Assembly (NCBI GenBank): GCA_017499595.2
Contig: CM039008.1
Location: forward strand, 2,046,001-2,110,000
Direction: 5' to 3'
Length of the DNA: 64,000 nucleotides
Source of the DNA: Psilocybe cubensis
Lineage: Eukaryota
Shown piece after piece: positions 36,357-47,183 of the stretch. The notes beneath the pieces are model-generated. The model saw only the letters and a list, made by a program, of their open reading frames with translations, did no database searches and was not told the DNA's origin. The position numbers and the translations under genes were made by a program. Numbering within the stretch: position 1 is the stretch's first letter; each line of letters begins with the position of its first letter.

Positions 36357-37073
36357 TCAGAGACGGCGACCACGGCGACCACCCTGTGAGATAGAAAAAA
36401 TAAGATCGCAAGTCAGAAATTGAGAAATATAAAAATGCAGATGGGAAAACGCACCTTGCGTCTGGTGGAATCGGTGGGGACGGGAGTAACATCCTCAATG
36501 CGTCCAATACCCATACCAGCACGAGCAAGAGCACGGAGAGCGCTCTGGGCACCAGGGCCAGGGGTTTTTGTGCCAGTTCCACCGGTAGCGCGGAGCTTGA
36601 TGTGGAGGGCGTTAATTCCAACCTCGCGGCAGCGGGCAGCAGCGTCCTGGGCAGCCAACATGGCAGCGTAGGGGGAGGACTCGTCACGATCGGCCTTGAC
36701 CTTCATTCCGCCTGCAATTTAGAATTCCCAAATGATCAGAACTACCACGCTGAAATTGATACATCGAGGTAGACGCACCGGTAACACGGGTGATGGTCTC
36801 CTTGCCCGACAAATCGGTGATGTGGACGAAAGTGTCATTGAACGAGGCGAAGATGTGAGCAACGCCGAAGACGGTTTCACCCTCAGCGACCTGGGGACCG
36901 AGGGAGACGGTGTTCTCGACGGGGGCCTTGACTTTTTTGGGGGGCTACAAGAGATCATCATCCACAAGTCAGCTTCGCGATCCATCGTTTCTGAACAGAT
37001 TTTGCCGCAGAAAAAAAGACATTGCGTCTCCAGGGACCATTCTGCAACGATACACACGAGATTGACGTACCAT
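36357..37073 (-). CDS. RPS14: 40S ribosomal protein S14 (uS11)
   Basis: [71 protein letters not shown]. Confidence 0.98.
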
Positions 37074-37769
37074 CTTGACGAGTTTGAGGAGGAAGCTTGA
37101 GGATGACTGGAGACGACGTGCTCTGCGATGAGCAAAACCTTCAATGTGATGGGAGCCTTCGATTTATACATGTACAAACACCACTGATCCCCGGCAGTGC
37201 GGGCCGCACCCCTATCTTCCAACTTGAACTCTACTGTTAGGCCCGATACTGGTGCTTGTGGGTTAAAAATTAAAAAAGAAAATAAAAAAAGAAAATACAA
37301 AAAAGGAAAGAGAAGGAGGGAAGGGAGGGAACGAATTCACCCTTCATTTCATACTACTAACATCGTTACTACACTGTTAGTATCTAACATATCAGTGGTT
37401 CGCATTGCTTCACGATTAGCCGGCTTGGTTCAACTCGGCTAAACTCTTGATTCTCGCTTAGATGAACAAAAATACACGAAAAATAAATCAAACATGGTAA
37501 GAGCCCCGAATACATTTCATGGAATCTGATGCTCGCTTACGATTTGACCTCGCATAGATAGCACTGTGCAACGGTTAGATGAAGGTGCGCACATCTCCGA
37601 CGCCAAGGCAAAGGACTTAGCTGGAAACTGCAACAATTCACAGCAGGGCACCAACAACGCCCACCCGCCGTTCCCGCCGTGATTCCCCAACCCACACCAG
37701 CAACAACACCCAGAAAATCGAATTGAATACGCGTTGCCGACGCATCCACCATCCCCATGCTCATCAGCC

Positions 37770-38690
37770 GCGTCCCCCATCCATTCCCAGGCTCGTCAAA
37801 ACTAAACACCGCGCTTCCCACTTCGAAGACGACGCGCTCGCGTCACGTTGGGGCTCTTGACGACTTGAACGTGCTTTGCCGACGCGTTCACCACCCATTC
37901 CCGTCCTCGTCAAGGCTATCCACCGCGCTTCGTGCCTCGAAAACGATGTGCTCGGATGATGTTGAGGGTTCTTGGCAAGGTTAGTGTCACTGACAGCCTC
38001 CATATGATGCTGTACTCACCATACCACACTCATACACACCCAGCAAGTCGTATCGAACACGTTTCAATGCCTCTCTACACCCCGCCTCCCAAACTGGCCG
38101 TGCTCATCTTACAAAACATCGTCGCTGTGCTTCCCGCTACGAAAACGCCATGCCGGTGAGATTTCTTCTCAAGGTGAGTGACCCCGACAACCTCTTTAAA
38201 TTTTAGTGCCATACTCACCAACATAACCAGCTCGTTCATGGCCAGCTAGGCACGATGAGCCTGAACACGCTGCGACAACGCGTCCTCTATCCCTTCCCGC
38301 AGATCCGCGTGTGGGGCTGTTGTCAAGGTTAGGGTCGTTGACAGCCTCTATCTCACCATACCCAACTCGTACGTCTCTGCACATGTACGTGTGTTCCACG
38401 TAGTGACGTGCTCGTCTCGCAGATGAACTCGTCGCTGCGCTTCCCGATTCAAAAACACCACGATTTCTTCTCAAGGTTAGTGACCCCATCGAAGTCTTTT
38501 TACTGGCACGCTGTGTTGATGCGTCCAAGTCTTCTATCCATCCCTGCACATCCAATTGTGTCCGCCACGAAATTAACACCCATGAAGTCACATCCTTGAA
38601 CAAAGCATTCCTGCACTTTCGCATGGTGTGTCCCTTGAAAACGATGCGCGTCAAGGTTAGTGATGGTGTTGACCACATTTGAAGAATGCT
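37770..38690. repeat. Degenerate tandem/modular repeat tract
   Basis: A ~113-bp duplication at 37770 and 37883. CAAGGTTAGTG-like cores at about 37976, 38170, 38324, 38472 and 38652. GATTTCTTCTCAAGGT(G/T)AGTGACCCC at 38160 and 38462. Confidence 0.7.
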
Positions 38691-39111
38691 CACCAAGAAA
38701 AACACGGACCCTCGCATCCAGACCCACTGACCGCATCATTCTCACGTTGACGGCCGGTGTGGTAAGTGCCGTCTCACACGAAAAGTGATTCTGGACACTT
38801 GGGCATGCTGATGCGTAAAACGCGCTCCTTGGGATGGGCAGATTGATGTTTGTGGTGTTCATGAGGGACACATAGCCTGCTGTGCAGGTGAGGGGTTGAG
38901 GGTGCTAATTGGGCGAAAAGGGAAGGATGATCGAAGACGCGGTAGCTAGAGGATCAACTCTGGTAATGTTTGAGGGTTTCTGAAACTTGTTCTAGATTAC
39001 GGACAAATAATAAGGAGTACAGTAAGTGATTTATTAATTTTATAGCAAGTTGTAGTACTAATTTCAATGGTTTCTACTATTACATGAATGAAATCCAGAT
39101 GTCATGAGCAT

Positions 39112-42100
39112 TTAGGTCAGTTTAGGCCATCGCTCCTCGGGAACATCTACCCATCCCACATAACAAGGCTTGTCAGGTCGCTTGGTGTACCGACCTTTGC
39201 ATTTGACATTTCCACAATCACGACAACGGTTGTGGCAATGCTTGACCCGTTGGCGACCCGAACATTGTGTGGAGCCGCATTTTGCACAGGTACGAGGCCG
39301 TTTTCCCTTATCTAAAGCGTGCGATCGTTGAATCTGTTCACGCACACGTTTCTCAGACAGTGCTTCGCGATTTACACGATTGTGTACTGCAAGATTTGTC
39401 GCGGTAGTAAAGGTTTTTCGAGTTGTTGAGTGGGGCAGCAAAAGGTCGGAATTTGCACTTTGCAACGGTGTCTGTTGGTCATCGTGTACAGGTGTGTCTT
39501 TGTTGTTACCATGCACCTCTGAACGATTTGTATTAAAGGTTCCAACAGAAACGGACGTTGGAAGAAGTCCGTCATCGACACTCAGTGGTTTCAGAGTTTT
39601 CTCTGGTACACGGGGTGCCGTTACTGAGCGAGATGGGTTGCTAAGGATTGCTGCCAATGGTTTCCGAATGTCATATGTTGTAAAAAGAGACTCTTTAACA
39701 TTGAGGTTTGTTTTCCAATGTGCATAGTACGATTTTAATTGTTCAATTAACTGCAGTAAATGAATATTAGGATACTAGTCATGTTTAAGCTATTTTGTGC
39801 TTACCTTGTATGATATCTCTGAATTGATATCAGCGTAGTGATTCCAGACCTTCACGGCCTTTTTCCAGATTGGGCCGGATGTCAGAGAGTTGTAGTCGGG
39901 ATTGGCTTGCATAAGATCTCGGAAAAGCTGCTTTTCAATGTCGTTATGAATCGGAAGAATGGGCTTTCGTGTGTGTTGCATTTGAGCTAGAAAAGCATGA
40001 CGTTGCTTTTTGTCAATGCTAGGAATAAATTCAGACATCCCAGTTGCAATGCGAATGCTGGTTGGAATCGGAAGAATGCCTAACGTTTCGGTGGTAGGAA
40101 TGTATAGGTTTCCGTTAACCCATCCAGTAATTTCCACGGGATTTATTAGAACATCGTGAAGAAATGACAATCGCTCCTGAATGCTGTTGGTTAACCAGAT
40201 TGAGAAATGGCTGCGATACTTTTGTCCAGTGCTATTGAATGTTCCAACCTAACAAAACAGTTTAATATGATAGAGTAAGTAACAGTAGATATGGTCTTTC
40301 TTACCACAAGGTTGTGGTGCAGAGTGAAATCAGCAAGGCATGAGTAAACATGTTGCACTGATGCACCCGACGATGGAAGATGTGATCTAAGATGAGTATG
40401 TACTCCACCCTCTGTCATGTTTGTTCCACGAAAACATCGATAGATAGTGAGACTTGGTGCTGCACTATCAATCCCTATTGCCGCATAGAGAGGAATTCCG
40501 GGTGGATCAGATATAAAACCGCGTCGTGTCAAATCAAGAATATGGCCCGAGGTCTTCCAATCATTAAAGTTAAACAAAGGAGCACCTGTTGTAGCATCTT
40601 TGAGGGGGCCAAAAGTTTCAAAAACCTTCTTTAGCAATCCATGCAGTATGTCAGCTGGTGGAATGATTCGTTTACATCGTTTCCATAACCAGCGTGGACG
40701 AAGCTTTTGGATTTGCTCAAAAGTCAATGGTGGTGTTTGCATTGCGCCCCATGCACTAATTTTGGCACGGTCTTCACCGTCAGGAATAAATATTGCATCC
40801 CGAAGCTGTCGGGCAAACTCTGCACGTAAACCATGTGTTGAGGAGATATGAAACATGTTGAAAACATGGAAAACGTCTTTGAGGACCCGGCTCCGAATTG
40901 TACTGTCCCAGGTATTTGGATACTGGTCCAGTACTTGTTGGCCTAACGATGCACTTTCTGGGTCAATATTGCGAGGATGGTCTGTGGTTATAGGAGGTGC
41001 ACTAGTAGGCCGATGATTTTCAACAACAAGATTTCCGATTGAAGGAATTGAATCATCATCAAAAGTTGCATCAAGTGAGAGGTCGTTATCATCCAACTCT
41101 GCCAAGCTGGCAGTCAATAGATCCTGATTGGATGACTGATCTAGAGACATAGGGCTTGTTTGAGCTCTAGAAGACGAGTCCGACTGACTTGAATGATGTG
41201 TCCAAAATGTTGGCGAAAAGGTCTTTAAATGACTTCGTAAACAGACAAGAGTAAATGGTGGTGTCCCAAATGATGCAAGTGAACAGTTCCGATGACTGCT
41301 GATTAGTGCACCAGGGACAAATACTTCTTCAATGTCGACAGCAGTTCTTGTAGTAGTAATATTGATGCCATCGAGTTGCCTATCATCTTTGTGGGATGAA
41401 ATTTTTCCTCGAGCAATCACAGATGCCTTGTCGGTGTTGAATAAGAGAACAGGAATGCCTGCATTAAATTGAGAAGGAAGAACTTGCGGTGTTTCAAGAG
41501 TCGAAAGTTTGTTGTAAATGCATATACAAGCATATGCATCACAGGCTGCATAGGCGAGTTGATCGCGAGTAAGGATTTCATTTTCCCAAGCACTGCTAAT
41601 GCGCTCGGGAACGTTTTTGTTTAATCGTTTTCCCAAAACCAATGCACATAGATCAGCCAAACTGCATCGTGCGGAAGATATTACCATTTTGTCTTTTGCA
41701 TATTTGGCAAGGTCAAGAGCGCCAACAAAAGGTTTGGGTGACTGGGAAGCAGTTTGAAGATGCTTTAAATCGGCTTCAACAAGCCGTCCAGCTTTCACAA
41801 TATTTGGATTTTCCAATAAAATCCTAAGCTGACTTGGAAGTGTACCGCCTGCTAACATATCACCAATCTAATCAGAATTTTATTAGTTTACATTTAATCA
41901 TTGGTTTAAGTAGCTTATACATTACCTGAAGAATGTATATGGATGATTTATATGCTATTTGAATAATAGCTGTTTGTCCTCGATGCAGAATATGGCCATT
42001 AGATGATACTTCAACATTCCACTCGGAATCAAACCCTATCACGATTTTTTTGTCAGGATGACTTGGATCAAGATCATCAAGAATAGAGGCCATGGCAGCG

Positions 42101-44196
42101 TCTATGGCAGACGCTGTGCTTTTTACAAAAATAGCAATAGGCGGTGTCGGTACGGCAAGTGGTTCAAGATCTGGATACTTTTCAACTGGTACCACAGACT
42201 CTCGAAGAGACGGCCAGGCATCTTCAAGGAATGCCTTGTCACTGGCAACGTTATCTGTAAATGCAAGCTTGGGTTCGGAATGACCATACATCTTGAGTGA
42301 GTGAAGCATTTGCTTGAGTGCGAGCTGGTATTGAGAATGTGACTTTGTTGCAACAAGGCTACATGACCGGATCTCGCCCCTTTCATTGGTGACCGTAAGC
42401 AATCCCGTAAATATTTCTTCGCCATTGACCTTGGCAATATGCTTTGTGATCTGATTACAAAAATAAAGTTAGTAAAGAGTTATAGTAGTGATAATAGACA
42501 ACTACCACCTTGTGGCTATGATCGAGTGCACAAATTTCTGCACTAAGCATAGACATATGCTGGTTGAAATCATGGATATGCTCCATAATGAATCGGTCGT
42601 ACATGTTCCGGATCCATTGTGCGCTTGGTGTAAATCCATGCCTGCCATGAGGACTGATATCATCAAAACGTGGAAATGACATATACTTTTCTTCCCGCCA
42701 TTTGTCCAGTTTACGGCCAGCTAATTGGTTCAAATACTGAAGATGAAGCTCATCATACTTCAGCAAATGATGCACTCGAATTGTGTCCGATATTTGCTTT
42801 GCACCCAAACCGTTCTGGAACGACGACCTTACATACTGAAAAAGCCGTTTGGATATCGCACTACGATGACTAAGAATGGCGGGGAATTCAGCAGCCAAAT
42901 CTTGTGGAAGTGCCGAGAGAATGCGGCTATCCCAGCTATTAAAGGTCACAGTGTGCTTTCCAGACTTTGGATGAGTGCAGACACTGCAACGATAGCGATA
43001 TCCAATAAGATAGAATTCGGAATCAATATCAATGCATCGGCGAGGATATGATATATTTGCGTGACGTTGTAGTGTTGACTTGCAAATTGGACAGGGAATG
43101 CGTTTGAATAATGCTTGAGGGTCCCACAAATAAAAGCGGATATCCCACAGCTCATGGGGAGACGGTTTGTTGCGTTGAAGAATGAAATATATTGCTGGTC
43201 TAGGAAACCAAAATGAACAGTTTTTGGAATACAAGGGGGGAAGGCCATGCTTGTCTCGTTTTTCGGGCGCAGATTCCAAAACTTTGGCTTCGAAAGCCTC
43301 GAGAAGCCAAACAGGACGCGCATGACGGATGCGCCTACCTGTATTTTCTTGGTACTCACTGTCCTCAACATTCTCATCAACTGGATCCAGCTCATCACCC
43401 TTTTCATCCTGATTCTCCTCAAACCCAACATCTACACCAATTCCCTCGCCCGACATTCCAGTTTCTTCATCTTCGTCCTGGTCTTCATCGGCTAGTTCAA
43501 CCGGTCTCTGGGGATCTTCATCCGGAATAATTTCAATTGTTGACAACGATGTGGGTTCGGAGACATTTGGTAGCACAGGATTTTGAGCGAAAAGAGGGTT
43601 GGGGAGTGTTTGGCGAGTTGATGGGTCCACCGATACGAGAGGTGATCCACCGGACAAATTTGGCATTGAATTTCCTCGATGAAGAGGAAAAGGAAGTCCC
43701 GATGGCGGGCGTGAAGGCTGAAAAGTGCCTGGAATGGTCTATGACAATGGTAAACCATGTTAGTTGTAAACAAGTAGATAAAATTAATAAGACTCACCAC
43801 ACGGCCGAATTCTATTGAAATCTGAGGCTTACTTTTCCGTGGCCGCCCAACAGCTTTCTTTACAACAGGTGTTTGTTGTGCTTTTGTGCCAGAACCTTTC
43901 GGCCTGCCTACGGGGCGGCGATGAGCAGAAGAATCTGTGTCTTCTCCCACTGCTCTGGATTTACTCTTGCTTCCCAGCGGTCGCCCACGCTTTCGAGGAC
44001 GTGAAATCAAGTCCACGGGATATGGGGTAGCTGATCCGGACTCGTGGAAATGCGCAGGTGTCGTTACATTGAATAACGTATGAACTAAACAACCAAAATA
44101 AGCCGCCGAGACTTCAACATCAACAAGGGTTACACATACCTTCTTTTTCCCTCGGTTGACTGGGCATGGGAACGTCAAATGTACGTTCGGAGACAT
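39112..44196 (-). mobile_element. Putative DDE transposase gene (Mutator/ISL3-like signature) with AT-hooks, Cys-rich domains and an inserted DEDDy 3'-5' exonuclease; about 6 exons, roughly 1,600 aa; start codon uncertain
   Basis: Three GRP AT-hooks; CPIC...YRYRCSVC; ALDHSHK; AFTDNV; exonuclease motifs GFDSEW, EADLKHL and YAACDAY; VLKDVFH; RGTNMTEGGVH; C-terminal CAKC..C..C..CRDC..C. Splice sites are canonical and I saw no internal stops. Confidence 0.75.
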
Positions 44197-46808
44197 GCGA
44201 CAATCTAAGAGACCTCAAGTCAGCATACTTTGTACAATGTGAGTGATGCAATTTGTGGCTCACAATGGGCCGCCTAGTCTCGTTGATTGCTGTGGATACG
44301 AAGATTCCAAATCCATTGTTGTTGGATGCCAATCCATGATAATTCACAGTACGTGAGGGGAGATGAGGGACAGCAAAAGGTAAACAGCGGTAAGAATACG
44401 GCGCAAGCAAGGTACAGAGGAGTGCTGAGACGGCCGCGCGACTCGAGTAGACGCAGACGCGACGTGAATGAGACGGGATGAGATATTTCCCAGTCATGTG
44501 AATAATTACATAATATTCTCAGCATCAGTATCCAGCATCAGCCACAGGCATGGATAGCGAGCCTACTGTTAGGCTCGCTATCCATGCCTGTGGCTGATGC
44601 TGGATACTGATGCTGAGAATATTATGTAATTATTCACATGACTGGGAAATATCTCATCCCGTCTCATTCACGTCGCGTCTGCGTCTACTCGAGTCGCGCG
44701 GCCGTCTCAGCACTCCTCTGTACCTTGCTTGCGCCGTATTCTTACCGCTGTTTACCTTTTGCTGTCCCTCATCTCCCCTCACGTACTGTGAATTATCATG
44801 GATTGGCATCCAACAACAATGGATTTGGAATCTTCGTATCCACAGCAATCAACGAGACTAGGCGGCCCATTGTGAGCCACAAATTGCATCACTCACATTG
44901 TACAAAGTATGCTGACTTGAGGTCTCTTAGATTGTCGCATGTCTCCGAACGTACATTTGACGTTCCCATGCCCAGTCAACCGAGGGAAAAAGAAGGTATG
45001 TGTAACCCTTGTTGATGTTGAAGTCTCGGCGGCTTATTTTGGTTGTTTAGTTCATACGTTATTCAATGTAACGACACCTGCGCATTTCCACGAGTCCGGA
45101 TCAGCTACCCCATATCCCGTGGACTTGATTTCACGTCCTCGAAAGCGTGGGCGACCGCTGGGAAGCAAGAGTAAATCCAGAGCAGTGGGAGAAGACACAG
45201 ATTCTTCTGCTCATCGCCGCCCCGTAGGCAGGCCGAAAGGTTCTGGCACAAAAGCACAACAAACACCTGTTGTAAAGAAAGCTGTTGGGCGGCCACGGAA
45301 AAGTAAGCCTCAGATTTCAATAGAATTCGGCCGTGTGGTGAGTCTTATTAATTTTATCTACTTGTTTACAACTAACATGGTTTACCATTGTCATAGACCA
45401 TTCCAGGCACTTTTCAGCCTTCACGCCCGCCATCGGGACTTCCTTTTCCTCTTCATCGAGGAAATTCAATGCCAAATTTGTCCGGTGGATCACCTCTCGT
45501 ATCGGTGGACCCATCAACTCGCCAAACACTCCCCAACCCTCTTTTCGCTCAAAATCCTGTGCTACCAAATGTCTCCGAACCCACATCGTTGTCAACAATT
45601 GAAATTATTCCGGATGAAGATCCCCAGAGACCGGTTGAACTAGCCGATGAAGACCAGGACGAAGATGAAGAAACTGGAATGTCGGGCGAGGGAATTGGTG
45701 TAGATGTTGGGTTTGAGGAGAATCAGGATGAAAAGGGTGATGAGCTGGATCCAGTTGATGAGAATGTTGAGGACAGTGAGTACCAAGAAAATACAGGTAG
45801 GCGCATCCGTCATGCGCGTCCTGTTTGGCTTCTCGAGGCTTTCGAAGCCAAAGTTTTGGAATCTGCGCCCGAAAAACGAGACAAGCATGGCCTTCCCCCC
45901 TTGTATTCCAAAAACTGTTCATTTTGGTTTCCTAGACCAGCAATATATTTCATTCTTCAACGCAACAAACCGTCTCCCCATGAGCTGTGGGATATCCGCT
46001 TTTATTTGTGGGACCCTCAAGCATTATTCAAACGCATTCCCTGTCCAATTTGCAAGTCAACACTACAACGTCACGCAAATATATCATATCCTCGCCGATG
46101 CATTGATATTGATTCCGAATTCTATCTTATTGGATATCGCTATCGTTGCAGTGTCTGCACTCATCCAAAGTCTGGAAAGCACACTGTGACCTTTAATAGC
46201 TGGGATAGCCGCATTCTCTCGGCACTTCCACAAGATTTGGCTGCTGAATTCCCCGCCATTCTTAGTCATCGTAGTGCGATATCCAAACGGCTTTTTCAGT
46301 ATGTAAGGTCGTCGTTCCAGAACGGTTTGGGTGCAAAGCAAATATCGAACACAATTCGAGTGCATCATTTGCTGAAGTATGATGAGCTTCATCTTCAGTA
46401 TTTGAACCAATTAGCTGGCCGTAAACTGGACAAATGGCGGGAAGAAAAGTATATGTCATTTCCACGTTTTGATGATATCAGTCCTCATGGCAGGCATGGA
46501 TTTACACCAAGCGCACAATGGATCCGGAACATGTACGACCGATTCATTATGGAGCATATCCATGATTTCAACCAGCATATGTCTATGCTTAGTGCAGAAA
46601 TTTGTGCACTCGATCATAGCCACAAGGTGGTAGTTGTCTATTATCACTACTATAACTCTTTACTAACTTTATTTTTGTAATCAGATCACAAAGCATATTG
46701 CCAAGGTCAATGGCGAAGAAATATTTACGGGATTGCTTACGGTCACCAATGAAAGGGGCGAGATCCGGTCATGTAGCCTTGTTGCAACAAAGTCACATTC
46801 TCAATACC
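42327..46808. repeat. Near-perfect palindrome: arms 42327-44565 and 44570-46808, spacer CTGT
   Basis: Centre GGATAGCGAGCCTA-CTGT-TAGGCTCGCTATCC. Mirrored ORF coordinates sum to 89135. The only difference I saw is 42787/46348 (Asp vs Asn). Confidence 0.97.
44939..46808 (+). mobile_element. Mirror copy of the 5' part of the transposase gene, cut off by the gap
   Basis: ORFs 44939-45643 and 45469-46680 mirror ORFs 43492-44196 and 42455-43666. Confidence 0.8.
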
Positions 46809-46908
46809 NNNNNNNNNNNNNNNNNNNNNNNNNNNNNNNNNNNNNNNNNNNNNNNNNNNNNNNNNNNNNNNNNNNNNNNNNNNNNNNNNNNNNNNNNNNN
46901 NNNNNNNN
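46809..46908. other. Assembly gap (100 N)
   Basis: Run of Ns. Confidence 1.
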
Positions 46909-47183
46909 CTTGTCCTGCGGTTCGACATGAGTAGAATTGGTGGAGGAAAACTAACTGCCCGTATCGCGTCGTGTGTTATATGTATATACCTTGCCTTTGT
47001 TTAACGACACGCCCATTTGGGCCTTTGCGCATGTACTTGATGATAAACATCTTTGCCTTTATTAAATTTGGCACATGTCGCTACACAAAAAAAACACCGA
47101 AAAAACACCCAAGAAATACGTACGCAAATTAAGAGACATAAAATCCGCAAAAAGTTGGTACACGATGGACTAGTTACATTGCA

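Noticed and set aside
37770-38690. Regularly spaced motif suggestive of a CRISPR-like array
   Set aside because: Eukaryotic context, degenerate repeats, long mutually related spacers and no cas genes.
39112-44196. Calling this gene a host WRN/RecQ exonuclease or a KDZ transposase
   Set aside because: No helicase motifs, the exonuclease is embedded among DDE-type motifs, and I saw no KDZ-type signature motifs.
38900-44570. Terminal inverted repeat matching the palindrome apex at the transposase 3' side
   Set aside because: I found no copy of TAGGCTCGCTATCC or its complement near 37,500-39,100, so the element ends remain undefined.
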